From an uncultured Verrucomicrobiae bacterium (GTDB lineage: Bacteria; Verrucomicrobiota; Verrucomicrobiia; Chthoniobacterales; UBA10450), in assembly GCA_963735805.1 (NCBI GenBank), contig CAVTMK010000002.1, positions 1,152,001 through 1,216,000 of the forward strand: 64,000 bases of DNA, given 5' to 3'. Shown piece by piece: positions 38,956 through 49,121 of the stretch. The notes beneath the pieces are model-generated. The model saw only the letters and a program-made list of their open reading frames with translations, did no database searches and had not been told where the DNA came from. The number at the start of each line of letters is the position of its first letter. The stretch's first letter is position 1. The position numbers were made by a program, and so were the translations under genes.

Positions 38956-40008
38956 CTACCCAACCGGACTCTCGGAGTGCGCAGTGACTTGCCCCTCTAT
39001 CGCGGGCTCACTCAGACGCCGGTGCAAATCCTGCACGATTTGCTCGACCAGAGCCGCATGCGGTCGCGCGAAAACGAACAAGTACCTGGGGCCTTTTCCA
39101 GTCTCAGGGAAAATGACAAGGTTCTCGGCCAGAAATTGCGGTTCGTGAGTGACGCTTAATTCGTCCAGCTCGATTGCACGCGCGACTGGGCGTCCACCCT
39201 TTCGTGCGACAAAAATGAGCCTGCGCGGCTCTTCATTCGTGGTCACAAGCGCGCCGAACAAATTTGCTGGAATTCGCCGGCCGCGCCCACTGACGCATGG
39301 CACCGCCCAGGCGATCGTTTCGCCAAGAACATTTTCTTTGGCGAAAACGGGCGCGAGCCGCGCCGGCAACGTCGATGGTAATTTCACCGGTTCATTGCCA
39401 TCGGCCGGTCCATTCAGCTTCCTCCAAGCCAGCCAGATCTTTACTTTCATTGCACGCAGGATTCTTGGCGCAAAATAGAAGAACGCACCGATAGCGATCA
39501 GAAAGATCGCCAGCGCAAGGACAGGATTGAAGTGAACCAGGGCAAGTCCACCAAACACCGCCGCGTCCTCGCCCAAACTCAATCCGATGTTTGAGAAGGG
39601 TTCCGGCGATGCGTTACTAGCGAGCCGTGTAGCCGCTTTTGCCGTGTGAGCGATCAGGCTCGTGCTCCCTGCGAGCAATGCCACGATCACGGTGAACGCG
39701 GGGCTTGGATGGCCAAGCACCTGAATTGCAAGCAGCGCGCCGCCAATAGGACGAATCACGGTATGAACGGCGTCCCAGACCGAATCGAGCCACGGAATTT
39801 TGTCGGCGAAAAATTCCAGGAAATAGAGAATGCCCGCAATTGTGATGATCCACGGGTTACTGAGGATCTCGAGCGATTGGTACTGCGGCGCAAGCGTGAT
39901 CCAGTGAAAATGAATGGCCAGGCCGGTGACGAAAACCGTCAGGTACAGATTAATCCCGGCCAGGGCGGCAAGACCGAGGGCCACAGCGAGAAGATCGAGT
40001 CTTTCCAC
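38956..40008 (-). CDS. DUF4126 domain membrane protein
   Basis: AGINLY, EFFADKIPWLDSVWD.VHT.IRP and SLGED motifs. Confidence 0.85.
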   Translation of the reverse strand: MERLDLLAVALGLAALAGINLYLTVFVTGLAIHFHWITLAPQYQSLEILSNPWIITIAGILYFLEFFADKIPWLDSVWDAVHTVIRPIGGALLAIQVLGHPSPAFTVIVALLAGSTSLIAHTAKAATRLASNASPEPFSNIGLSLGEDAAVFGGLALVHFNPVLALAIFLIAIGAFFYFAPRILRAMKVKIWLAWRKLNGPADGNEPVKLPSTLPARLAPVFAKENVLGETIAWAVPCVSGRGRRIPANLFGALVTTNEEPRRLIFVARKGGRPVARAIELDELSVTHEPQFLAENLVIFPETGKGPRYLFVFARPHAALVEQIVQDLHRRLSEPAIEGQVTAHSESPVG

Positions 40009-40028
40009 GAGGAACTATACAATGCAGT

Positions 40029-40112
40029 TTAAAGGTTAAAAGAGTTACCCGCCCGAGGCGGGCTACGAAGGGACCGATCCTTCAACCTTGTAATATTTGT
40101 AACGGTTTTAAC
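40029..40112. repeat. Inverted array of ~8-9-bp tandem repeats
   Basis: TTAAAGGTTAAAAGAGTTA ... TTCAACCTTGTAATATTTGTAACGGTTTTAAC. Confidence 0.5.
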
Positions 40113-40131
40113 TTCGCTGATAATCTGCGCC

Positions 40132-41400
40132 ATGCTCGACATTCGCCTGATTCGTGAGAGACCGGATTTTGTTCGCGAGCGACTTGCCACGCGGGGCGGG
40201 GGTGACGATGCCAAAATCGATGACGTGCTGCGCGTGGATATCGAGCGCCGAAAAGCGGAAACTGCGCTTCAGCAATTAAACGCCGATCGCAAACGTTTAA
40301 GTAAAGAGATTGGTGGCAAAAAATCGAGTGGCGAAGCGACAGGGGAACTGGAGCAGCGCGTGCGGGAAATCGGGGAGCAGATTGCCGAGCTGAATGCGCG
40401 GGTAACGACTGCTGAAGAAGAGCAAAACGATTTGCTGCTCCGGATCGCGAACATGCCGCATGAAGGTGTGCCCATCGGCAAAGACGCAGCCGACAATCGC
40501 GTTGTGCGCACATGGGGCGAGAAACCGCAATTGAGCAAACCCGGCGATCATGTCGCGCTTGGCGCGAAGCTTAACCTTCTGGACATGGAACGGGCAGCAA
40601 AACTAAGCGGCAGCGGTTTCATTTGTTTCACCGGCAGAGGCGCGAGGCTGGAGCGAGCGCTGATCAATTTCATGATTGATTTGCATGCGCGGGAGCACGG
40701 TTACACCGAAATCAGTCCGCCCTTTCTCGTTCGGCGCGATTGCATGATCGGCACATCGCAGCTTCCGAAGTTTGAAGCGGACATGTATGCACTGGAGGAA
40801 AATCAGATTTTTCTCGCACCAACCGCCGAAGTGCAACTGACAAACTTTCATCGCGAAGAAATTTTGAGCGTGGACGATCTTCCCAGGAAATTTGTTGGTT
40901 ATACTCCGTGCTTCCGGCGGGAAGCCGGCGCGGCAGGTCGCGAAACCCGGGGAATCATCCGGGTGCATCAATTCGACAAGGTCGAGCTGGTCAAGGTCGC
41001 GACACCGGATAAGTCGTACGACGAATTGGAATCACTTACGGCTAACGCAGAAAGTGTGTTGCGATTTCTCGGCTTGCATTATCGAGTGGTTGAGCTTTGC
41101 ACCGGCGATCTCGGTTTTGCGGCGGCCAAAAGCTACGACATCGAGGTCTGGTCGCCGGGGCAGGATGCTTATCTGGAAGTCTCCAGTTGCTCAAACTGCG
41201 AAGAGTTCCAGGCGCGCCGGATGCATCTCCGATTCAAGGATCGCGACGGGAAAAATCGGTTTTGTCACACGCTGAATGGCTCCGGTTTGGCATTGCCTCG
41301 ATTGTTCGCAGCATTAATCGAGAGCTATCAGCAACCGGATGGATCGGTTCGGGTTCCGGAAAAATTGCAGCCTTACTTCGGTGCGAGTGAGATTCGCTAA
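40132..41400 (+). CDS. serS: Serine--tRNA ligase
   Basis: PTAEV, FRREAG, RVHQFDKVE, EVSSCSN and TLNGSGLA motifs. Confidence 0.97.
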   Translation: MLDIRLIRERPDFVRERLATRGGGDDAKIDDVLRVDIERRKAETALQQLNADRKRLSKEIGGKKSSGEATGELEQRVREIGEQIAELNARVTTAEEEQNDLLLRIANMPHEGVPIGKDAADNRVVRTWGEKPQLSKPGDHVALGAKLNLLDMERAAKLSGSGFICFTGRGARLERALINFMIDLHAREHGYTEISPPFLVRRDCMIGTSQLPKFEADMYALEENQIFLAPTAEVQLTNFHREEILSVDDLPRKFVGYTPCFRREAGAAGRETRGIIRVHQFDKVELVKVATPDKSYDELESLTANAESVLRFLGLHYRVVELCTGDLGFAAAKSYDIEVWSPGQDAYLEVSSCSNCEEFQARRMHLRFKDRDGKNRFCHTLNGSGLALPRLFAALIESYQQPDGSVRVPEKLQPYFGASEIR

Positions 41401-41463
41401 GGTTATAGAGGCGTTTGTCTTAGCCTAAGCTGTTAAATAGGCGGCCCGTCGCGGCGAATGCTT

Positions 41464-41766
41464 CTATACCAAGCCGCCGAGGCCGCCGGTAATCCTGCTC
41501 ATTTCTGATTGCGCGAGCGCTTTTCCTTGTTCTACGGCCTGCTGAACCGCGCTGAGAACCGTTTCTTCGAGAAATTCGACGTCATCCGGATCGACAATTT
41601 CTTTGTCGATCTTAACGGCGAGAACGTCACCGGCGCCGTTTGCTGTCACTTTCACTTTGCCGCCACCCGCGGTCACTTCGACAGTTTTGGTTTCGAGCTC
41701 GGCCTGCGTTTTGGCCATTTGCTCCTGCATCTTCTGAGCCTGCTTCATTAACTTATTTAGATTCAT
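41464..41766 (-). CDS. ybaB: YbaB/EbfC nucleoid-associated protein
   Basis: LMKQAQKMQ, AGGGKV and DPDDVEFLE motifs; follows dnaX. Confidence 0.93.
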   Translation of the reverse strand: MNLNKLMKQAQKMQEQMAKTQAELETKTVEVTAGGGKVKVTANGAGDVLAVKIDKEIVDPDDVEFLEETVLSAVQQAVEQGKALAQSEMSRITGGLGGLV

Positions 41767-41798
41767 GACTTGTGTGCGACGAACGGAGGAGTCGCGCT

Positions 41799-43436
41799 TT
41801 AGCTTTCTTGTACTATCTGAGCGTTGAACAACCCAATGGCTTGTTGAATAAGCGGGTCTTCTTTGAAATCTTCAGGTCGAGAACCCTCGGAAGCCGCTGC
41901 TTGTTTGGACGGGAGGTCTTCCTTTACAGAGAGCTTAACACTCCAGTCCGTTCCGGTGATCTCATGAAGTATTGTTTCAAGCAATTTGCGATTGGCTTGC
42001 GTCCCCAGGATGTCCATCATCGCTTTGTCGCCAGGTGCGAAACCGAGCTGAAAGTTGCGCCCCTCGATCCCAAGGACGTGGGCCACCGCAGCAGAATTTC
42101 GCACAAAAGCCTTTTGCGCGGGAATTTTGGCGAGAGTCTTTTGCCAGATTTCATTCGCATCAAGCGACGTTTCGGCCACGCGCGGCGCGCTCGCCTCAAG
42201 GCCGCCGCCTGCTCGCGAAACATTTTTGGAGTTGCTCACTGCGGCCTTCTCTGCGCGTGAGTTTTCGCCGTGGCGGTCAGCGTCCGCGGGTACAGATTTT
42301 CCATCGCGCAGTTGACTAAGCTTTTCAATTACCTCATCCAACGTTGCTTGTCCGAGGGTTTGAATGGCCTTGATGATCGCGACCTCGAAATGCAGCATCT
42401 TGTTAGGCACCCATTTCATCCGGCCCTCGGCGACTGCAAATTGATCGATGAGCTCCAGCAAACGTTCCATCGTGATCAGGTTGGCATGTGACGCGAGCGA
42501 AGTTTGTACTTCGGGCTCGACGTCTTCCTTCACTGCATCCGGTTTGGCCTTGAATACGAGCAGATCGCGCAGGTAAGCGATCAAGTCAGACATGAGACGC
42601 ATCATGTCTTTGCCGGCCCCATTTTGCTGATGAAGCAGATCGATTGCACCGGGGGTTTCGCCTTGCAAAATTTGCCCGATCAAATCGACAACCGTTTGTT
42701 CGCTTGTAAACCCGAAAACATCGAGCACATCGTTCTCGCTTATCTTTTCTCCGCAAAATGCCACCAGTTGATCGAGCATCGATTCCGCATCGCGTAGACC
42801 GCCCTCGGCTCCGCGCGCAATCGCGTGCGCAGCTGCGGGTTCGAGCGAAATTTTTTCTTTTCCGGCAATGAATTGCAGATGTTTCGAGATGAGATTTGCC
42901 GGGATGCGATGCAGATCGAAGCGTTGGCAACGGCTCAGGATGGTTGGCAACACTTTCTGTGGCTCAGTAGTCGCGAAAATAAATTTCACATGCGCGGGAG
43001 GCTCTTCGAGAGTTTTCAGGAGCGCATTGAACGCCGCGGGCGAGAGCATGTGCACTTCGTCGATCAGATAAATTTTGTAGCGTCCTTTCGCCGGCGCATA
43101 TCGAACGTTCTCACGGAGTTGGCGGACATCTTCCACGCTGTTGTTGCTCGCGCCGTCGATCTCGATCACGTCGAGACTATTGCCGCCGGCAATCTCGCGG
43201 CAGTTATCGCATACGCCACAGGGAGTGACGGTGGGTCCTTCCACGCAATTGAGCGACTTTGCGAGAATCCGTGCGGTCGATGTTTTTCCCACACCGCGCG
43301 GACCAACGAACAGATAGGCGTGAGCAAGGCGGTTTTGCGCGACGGCGTTTTTCAAGGTGCGCGAGACGTGGGCCTGACCTACCAGATCGTCGAATGTTTG
43401 CGGCCGATATTTCCTGGCAAAAACCTCGTAACTCAC
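41799..43436 (-). CDS. dnaX: DNA polymerase III gamma/tau
   Basis: ARKYRPQTF, GPRGVGKT, IDEVHML and SRCQ motifs. Confidence 0.97.
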   Translation of the reverse strand: MSYEVFARKYRPQTFDDLVGQAHVSRTLKNAVAQNRLAHAYLFVGPRGVGKTSTARILAKSLNCVEGPTVTPCGVCDNCREIAGGNSLDVIEIDGASNNSVEDVRQLRENVRYAPAKGRYKIYLIDEVHMLSPAAFNALLKTLEEPPAHVKFIFATTEPQKVLPTILSRCQRFDLHRIPANLISKHLQFIAGKEKISLEPAAAHAIARGAEGGLRDAESMLDQLVAFCGEKISENDVLDVFGFTSEQTVVDLIGQILQGETPGAIDLLHQQNGAGKDMMRLMSDLIAYLRDLLVFKAKPDAVKEDVEPEVQTSLASHANLITMERLLELIDQFAVAEGRMKWVPNKMLHFEVAIIKAIQTLGQATLDEVIEKLSQLRDGKSVPADADRHGENSRAEKAAVSNSKNVSRAGGGLEASAPRVAETSLDANEIWQKTLAKIPAQKAFVRNSAAVAHVLGIEGRNFQLGFAPGDKAMMDILGTQANRKLLETILHEITGTDWSVKLSVKEDLPSKQAAASEGSRPEDFKEDPLIQQAIGLFNAQIVQES

Positions 43437-43515
43437 GCGTTCAATCTAACGAAAAAGCCGCCTTGCGAAAGCCTTAGGAGTTGATCCCTGATCGTTGATA
43501 GCTGATGGATGGCGG

Positions 43516-44724
43516 ATGACGTCGAAGCGGTGTGCTGGCTTTGCGGGTCTGCTCTTGCTGGTAATCGCGTTCGATTGCTCTGGGCGTGAGCCGATAAAGC
43601 GTCCGCCAACCACACCTGTTGTCGAAAGCAAGATAGTTCGCGCGCGAGATCTTGGGATTCCATTTGAAGGTACGCCAGGAAAGGTTAATGCGATCACCGA
43701 TGTTCCCGGAGTCGAGGTCGGCTATGCGACATTGATCAGCGGTGAAGGGAAACTGGAAGTGGGGAAAGGTCCGGTGCGTACTGGTGTAACTGCGATTCTG
43801 CCGCGGGGCCATGCTTCACTGAATGATCCAGTCTATGCCGGGTTCTTCAGCTTAAACGGCAATGGCGAGATGACCGGCACAGCGTGGGTTGATGAGAGTG
43901 GGTTTCTCGAAGGGCCGATTGTTGTCACAAACACACACAGTGTTGGCGTGGCGCGCGACGCGGTCATTGCCTGGCGCGTCAAACACGGCGCAGCCGATAA
44001 GACCGGTTACTGGTGGAGTTTGCCTGTTGTTGCTGAGACATGGGACGGCTGGCTCAATGACATCAACGGTTTTCACGTTAAACCGGACGATGTCTGGCGT
44101 GCGCTCGACAGTGCTCACGGCGGGCCGCTCGAAGAGGGAAGCGTTGGCGGTGGGACGGGAATGATCTGCTACGAATTCAAAGGCGGAAACGGAACTGCTT
44201 CGCGCATCATCGACCTCAGCGTTTCGAAGAATGCGTCCCCGCGAACTTTTGTTGTCGGAGTGTTCTTACAGGCAAATTTCGGACGCAGGGCTCAACTCGT
44301 GATCGCCGGCGCCCCAGTCGGCAAAGAAATTCCAGGCGAGGTTTATAAAGAGGAAAGCGGGTCGTGCATCGCCGTAGTCGCGACTGACGCGCCGCTTTTG
44401 CCAAACCAGTTAAAGCGACTCGCGCGTCGGGTATCGCTGGGTCTCGCGCGGACGGGAACGATTTCCGGAAACGGATCGGGCGATTTGTTCATCGCATTTT
44501 CAACTGCAAACCCGAATGTCGCAGATCCAGGTCAGATAACGCACAACGTGCAGACAATTCCAAATGATCTCCTTGACCCGCTTTTTGCCGGCGTGGTGCA
44601 GGCAACGGAAGAAGCGGTGGTGAATGCCTTGGTCGACAATCACTCCATGACCGGCCGTGACAATCATCGCGTCGAAGCGCTGCCGCACGATCGCGTGCGC
44701 GAAATTATGAAGCGTTCCCGTTGA
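43516..44724 (+). CDS. P1/S58 family peptidase (DmpA-like aminopeptidase)
   Basis: NAITDVPGV.VG, RTGVTAI, NG.GEMTG, GGGTGM, G-S cleavage site ESGSCI and GSGD motifs. Confidence 0.9.
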   Translation: MTSKRCAGFAGLLLLVIAFDCSGREPIKRPPTTPVVESKIVRARDLGIPFEGTPGKVNAITDVPGVEVGYATLISGEGKLEVGKGPVRTGVTAILPRGHASLNDPVYAGFFSLNGNGEMTGTAWVDESGFLEGPIVVTNTHSVGVARDAVIAWRVKHGAADKTGYWWSLPVVAETWDGWLNDINGFHVKPDDVWRALDSAHGGPLEEGSVGGGTGMICYEFKGGNGTASRIIDLSVSKNASPRTFVVGVFLQANFGRRAQLVIAGAPVGKEIPGEVYKEESGSCIAVVATDAPLLPNQLKRLARRVSLGLARTGTISGNGSGDLFIAFSTANPNVADPGQITHNVQTIPNDLLDPLFAGVVQATEEAVVNALVDNHSMTGRDNHRVEALPHDRVREIMKRSR

Positions 44725-44749
44725 ATCCTGAACTGGTATTTCCCAGCGC

Positions 44750-44821
44750 TGTAGCCACGGCGCTGTGTCGCCGCGCCGATAGCAATAAGTCAGAGCGCCT
44801 CCGCACAGCGAGGCGGCTACA
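44750..44821. repeat. GTAG-type REP-like doublet (copy 2)
   Basis: TGTAGCCACGGCGCTGTGTCGCCG...GCGCCTCCGCACAGCGAGGCGGCTACA; arms match 10396 copy, spacer differs. Confidence 0.72.
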
Positions 44822-44838
44822 GCATCGATGAAAACGCT

Positions 44839-45219
44839 CTAGATCATCATGATCAACACCGGCACAACTTTTGTCGCGGCGATCTCCAGAATATGAAGTG
44901 TTAATTTTTCCGCGCGTTCCTGCGACTGCGCCGGCTGGCTGTCGACAAAAACTCTCAGATCACGCTTTTGATTCTCCACGAAAAAGTCGAAGTCCTCCTT
45001 GTCGATCTCCCGTTTTTTTAAAAGAACAAGACGCTCCTCGAGTTCCTGTGCGTTTTGGCGAATCAGCTCGCTGGTGTCGCCTTTCGCTTGCGCGAGCAAA
45101 TCCTCAAATTCTTTCATCGAGGCCGCGACTGATTCGTCGGTGACCTGATCGAGCGCCGAGTCGAGTTCCGATTTCTTCTTGGAAGATTTCTTGCGCTTGG
45201 ATTTACCGGCCGAGGGCAT
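44839..45219 (-). CDS. Hypothetical helical protein
   Basis: 126-aa ORF overlapping the upstream lipoprotein gene. Confidence 0.7.
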   Translation of the reverse strand: MPSAGKSKRKKSSKKKSELDSALDQVTDESVAASMKEFEDLLAQAKGDTSELIRQNAQELEERLVLLKKREIDKEDFDFFVENQKRDLRVFVDSQPAQSQERAEKLTLHILEIAATKVVPVLIMMI

Positions 45220-45619
45220 GATCGTAAATCTTGTTGACGTCTTTTTTCATCTCACTCGCCAACGCGGGAGTGACTTTCCCATGGCTGGCTTTGCTTCGTA
45301 AATGGGCTGCATCGGCATCGAATTGCCCTTTGAGATCGACCAGCACGGGACGGCGCGCCGTGAATTTCTCATCGGCGATAGCCTGCTGAAACTTCGCGTT
45401 ACCTTCGTTCACCCTGGCGTCGAATGCCGTAGGGTTGAATGGTTTTCCAGGAACTGCAAAATCGTCGATAAATGCGAGCTCAAAATTTCGCAGACTTTCG
45501 ATTTGGGCATCGCTTCCGGTCTTGCTGAAGGTCGCAGTGCCACAACTTGTGAGGGCGATTGCCGCAGCGCAGAGAAGAGCACTTCGAACGATGAAATTCT
45601 TCGCGGTATTTGAATTCAT
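45203..45619 (-). CDS. Hypothetical lipoprotein
   Basis: Lipobox LTSC. Confidence 0.72.
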   Translation of the reverse strand: MNSNTAKNFIVRSALLCAAAIALTSCGTATFSKTGSDAQIESLRNFELAFIDDFAVPGKPFNPTAFDARVNEGNAKFQQAIADEKFTARRPVLVDLKGQFDADAAHLRSKASHGKVTPALASEMKKDVNKIYDHALGR

Positions 45620-45709
45620 AAGGCGCGAGTCGTTAGGCCTTGGATCTTGCGTCTACTTGCGGTCCCATGTCAAGATCTGAAGGGCCGCGGCCTTGAACTC
45701 TATCAGCTC

Positions 45710-47536
45710 TTATTTGGTTGCTTGCTGCAGCGAAGTTGGATCATCAAGCAAGATCCATTCGATTACGGACACGGGCAGACTTCCATTCTTGATCAGGTCA
45801 TCGTGGAATTGACCAAGCCGGAAATTGTCGCCCTGTTTATCTTTGTAACGGCCCAGCAGATTCATGATCTGCCATTTACCGGTGATGTAACTGATTTTTT
45901 GTGTTGGGCTGGACGCTGCGCCTGCCGCTTCGCCTTCGGCTGCTTCGCGATCCAGACCGCCCGCGTCCATGAAATATTTGACGGCTTGTTCGAAACTCCA
46001 TCGGCCAGTGTGCAGATTCACATCAACTCCAATGCGGGCGGCACGATAGCGGGACAATCGCAGGATTTGTCCCTGTGCTGGTGAGTTATTGGAATAAAGC
46101 CCGGTGCGCATCAACATTTCTTCGCCGTAAAGTGCCCAGCCTTCGATGAACACTGAGTCGTCATGCTGGCGGCGGATCTCGTCACCCAAATGATTCGCAA
46201 TCGAGAGCTGAAGAAAATGTCCGGGGATGCCTTCATGTCCCAGAATTGGACGCGGATCTTCAATCGCCGCACGAATATAAAAATTCTTCGATTCCGGATC
46301 GTAGGTGGGAATGAAATAGAATCCGGTAGGGTCCTTGTCGTAAACACCCGGAGGATTCATAAAGCCGCCCGGGCTGGTTGGCTTAAACGCCTCCGGCAAC
46401 TGCCGAATTTGAAACGGCCCGAGATAGTCCGGCAACGTCACAAGATTGTGCTCCTTAAGAAAGCTGATCATTTCTGCTTCGCGGCTTTCGTACGCTTTAA
46501 GGAAGGATTCCTGATCAGGCGGAATGTGACCAGCGCGTTTGGGATCGGGATCGGCGAGTTTTGGATCGGGCAAGAGCGCCTCCAGCGCGCGATACCGGGC
46601 AAGCTCTGCACGCCCGAGCATTTCAACCTGTTCAGCGTTGAGTGGCAGAAGCAAAACGTGCTTGAGGTAATAAGTGTAATTTGCTTCCCCCATCGGCGAA
46701 AAATCGACCATTTTCGGCAGCCGCTTCTCCAGTTCGCCCGCGTAACCATGTAACGCGGTGAGTGTGTTATCGCGCGCTTTGATCAGATCATCGTGCTCAG
46801 CAGGCGAAAGGCCGGCATCCAGCGCCATTAAACTCTTATTCAACAGCGGATCGATTGAGCGTGCCGATTGAATCGCGAGTTGGGCATAGAGCTTGACCGG
46901 GTCCTGCAAATTGGCGAGGCCTTGCTTTAACAGCGCCGGCATTTGTTTTAGGCGCGCCGTCGCAGCGAGCGCTCGTTTTCTCGGCGTATCGTATTCTTTT
47001 TTTAAGAGCGAAAAGATTCCGTTTGTGCATTGATCGGTATAAACCTGCGGATTTGTGCGCTCGAATTTCAGAATGCGATCACCAAAATCGACGTTCTCCA
47101 ATTGCGCGCGGAACAGGATCCAATCAATACGATCGTTCTTGGGCCAGTTATCCGTCTTCATTGCGCGGACTCTCTCCAGCAGCGAACGCACATGTTGCGC
47201 TCGCTGCTCGATCTTTGCCGGCGAATAATCGGTCAACCGATCGTCCCACGTATGCAGTCCGGCGTCGCTGCTCCTGACCGGATGATTCTCATTTCGCCAC
47301 GCGTAATAATCGTCCGCCATCTTGCGCAGCGCTTCGATTGCGTTCGCGTTCTGGTTCGTGAATGCGTCGGTGTTTATGCCAGGCGTCGACTTGGTGATCA
47401 GCGCTTTGTTTGAAACATCCGGGTTGCGCCGGGAAGACGTTTGCGTGACCGCATCGTTTGCAGCAAGAGCGAGTACAAAGGAAACGATACACGAAAAAAT
47501 GAAGTACTTCACCGCTCTGATTCTATTGCGTTCCAT
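45710..47536 (-). CDS. DUF885 family secreted protein
   Basis: HEGIPGHFLQ, FIEGWALYGE and SY..G motifs. Confidence 0.9.
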   Translation of the reverse strand: MERNRIRAVKYFIFSCIVSFVLALAANDAVTQTSSRRNPDVSNKALITKSTPGINTDAFTNQNANAIEALRKMADDYYAWRNENHPVRSSDAGLHTWDDRLTDYSPAKIEQRAQHVRSLLERVRAMKTDNWPKNDRIDWILFRAQLENVDFGDRILKFERTNPQVYTDQCTNGIFSLLKKEYDTPRKRALAATARLKQMPALLKQGLANLQDPVKLYAQLAIQSARSIDPLLNKSLMALDAGLSPAEHDDLIKARDNTLTALHGYAGELEKRLPKMVDFSPMGEANYTYYLKHVLLLPLNAEQVEMLGRAELARYRALEALLPDPKLADPDPKRAGHIPPDQESFLKAYESREAEMISFLKEHNLVTLPDYLGPFQIRQLPEAFKPTSPGGFMNPPGVYDKDPTGFYFIPTYDPESKNFYIRAAIEDPRPILGHEGIPGHFLQLSIANHLGDEIRRQHDDSVFIEGWALYGEEMLMRTGLYSNNSPAQGQILRLSRYRAARIGVDVNLHTGRWSFEQAVKYFMDAGGLDREAAEGEAAGAASSPTQKISYITGKWQIMNLLGRYKDKQGDNFRLGQFHDDLIKNGSLPVSVIEWILLDDPTSLQQATK

Positions 47537-47647
47537 GGAATGTAAAGCGGCAAAGGGCTGGCGAAATCCAAAAACTGCCTGTAGTTATGAGCGTAGATTA
47601 CGCGGCTGCCTCTCGAAGCGTGGCGGTGTTCCGTCGCCCTTGATCGC

Positions 47648-47854
47648 TCACTCTACGTCGTCGAGTTCTTGCACCAATTGCTGCTTTAAGTGGCGACGCG
47701 CTGCCTTTTTGATTGCGCGGCGCTCCGATGCCACTGCTTCTTTCTCCGCCTGGCGTTCTATTCGCGTCCGCCTTTCGACCGACTCTGCCAAATGTGAAAT
47801 CCTGGGACGGTTCCAACCAATCCGTTGCTCCTTTGGCTTTGCGTAAGGATCCAT
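47648..47854 (-). CDS. Small charged hypothetical protein
   Basis: 68-aa ORF 8 nt after the MFS gene; helical charged C-terminus. Confidence 0.55.
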   Translation of the reverse strand: MDPYAKPKEQRIGWNRPRISHLAESVERRTRIERQAEKEAVASERRAIKKAARRHLKQQLVQELDDVE

Positions 47855-47862
47855 GGAGAAGG

Positions 47863-49017
47863 TTATCGCTTGCTGTTTGCCATAAAAAGAACGGGAACCG
47901 CGGCAAGCTGAAGAACGACTGAAAACAGTACCACAGCCATGATCGATTTGTCATACAACAGTCCCATCGTTGTGCTTCCTAGAAACCAGGCGATTCCGTA
48001 TCCTGTATCAAACAAGCCAAACGCCGTGCTTCGTTTCTGTGGTGGTATAACACCGGTAAGCATTGCTTGAAACAGCGAACCCTGAGCACTCATTCCGATT
48101 CCCCAGAAAATCATCCCGATTAGTGCGAAATATGCAGGGCCAAGAAAAACAAAGGGTGCCGCCGCTGCGGAAATTAGAAAGGCAAATAAGGAGGTATTTG
48201 GGCCAAATCTGTCAAAAATTCGGCCCAAAGGAATGGATGCAAGAGCGCTCGCAGCCATCGCTGCGGCATAAAAGACGGGTATCACGTTACCCGGCATAAC
48301 GTTCGCCTTTTGAAAATGAAAACCGATCAATGCGAAATCAGCGAACCCTGCGGCGAGCAACGCGCCCGCTACGAAGTAGGTCCAGTAGGCGCGCGTTAGA
48401 TTGGTTGTCGCAAAGGCATGTTCTGCGCCTTCCTCCAATTCATGAGGGCGCGGGTAAAGAAACCGCGCCACACCTAAGGTCCCCAGACAGAGCAAGGCTG
48501 GAATGATCAGCACACCAAAACCGTTCCGATACGTGCCACCGAGGTAGAGAATCAGTGCCATTAGTAATGGGCCGATTGTCGCGCCTGCCTGGTCGAGTGC
48601 TTCGTTCAGTCCAAATACCCAGCCGGCGCCGATTGATCTTCCGGCGTATGAAAGCATTGCTTCCACAGTTGGTTTGCGGATGCCTCTTCCAGCGCGTTCT
48701 GCCACAACCAGACTTGCCGCGAGCGGCCATCGTCCAGCGAGGGCGAGCCCGGGCACTGCGAACATGTTGATCGCATAACCCACGAACGCGAAGACCCAAT
48801 GCCGATGCGATTTGTCTGCGAGGTATCCTGAGATGGACCGTAACCCGTAACCCATCAATTCGCCAAGGCCAGCAACGAAACCAACAATCGCTGCACTCGC
48901 GCCTAACGAACCAAGGAACGGACCGATGATTCCTCGTGCGCCTTCATAGGTAAAGTCGGCGAAGAAGTTCGCAATGCCGATGATAAGAACAAAATGCAGC
49001 GCGGACCTGGTTTTCAT
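47863..49017 (-). CDS. MFS transporter
   Basis: About 12 TM segments; GYLADK and GRIFDRFG motif A. Confidence 0.9.
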   Translation of the reverse strand: MKTRSALHFVLIIGIANFFADFTYEGARGIIGPFLGSLGASAAIVGFVAGLGELMGYGLRSISGYLADKSHRHWVFAFVGYAINMFAVPGLALAGRWPLAASLVVAERAGRGIRKPTVEAMLSYAGRSIGAGWVFGLNEALDQAGATIGPLLMALILYLGGTYRNGFGVLIIPALLCLGTLGVARFLYPRPHELEEGAEHAFATTNLTRAYWTYFVAGALLAAGFADFALIGFHFQKANVMPGNVIPVFYAAAMAASALASIPLGRIFDRFGPNTSLFAFLISAAAAPFVFLGPAYFALIGMIFWGIGMSAQGSLFQAMLTGVIPPQKRSTAFGLFDTGYGIAWFLGSTTMGLLYDKSIMAVVLFSVVLQLAAVPVLFMANSKR

Positions 49018-49118
49018 TTAACCACGAATGAACACGAATGGACACCAATAAGGGAGCCGACCGGGAAACACCAGAAATGCTTATTGATTCGCGTTTATTC
49101 GTGTTCATTCGTGGTTAA
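49018..49118. repeat. Palindromic element built of 10-bp tandem units
   Basis: Perfect 22-bp inverted repeat TTAACCACGAATGAACACGAAT (49018-49039 / 49097-49118). Confidence 0.85.
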
Positions 49119-49121
49119 CAC

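Noticed and set aside
45625..45645. GTTAGGC in the intergenic region
   Set aside because: No L box or partner site; wrong position relative to genes
4540..47846. Numerous long antisense or alternate-frame ORFs (e.g. 4540-5289, 42825-43484, 46163-46753)
   Set aside because: Shadow ORFs overlapping well-supported genes, expected from codon bias
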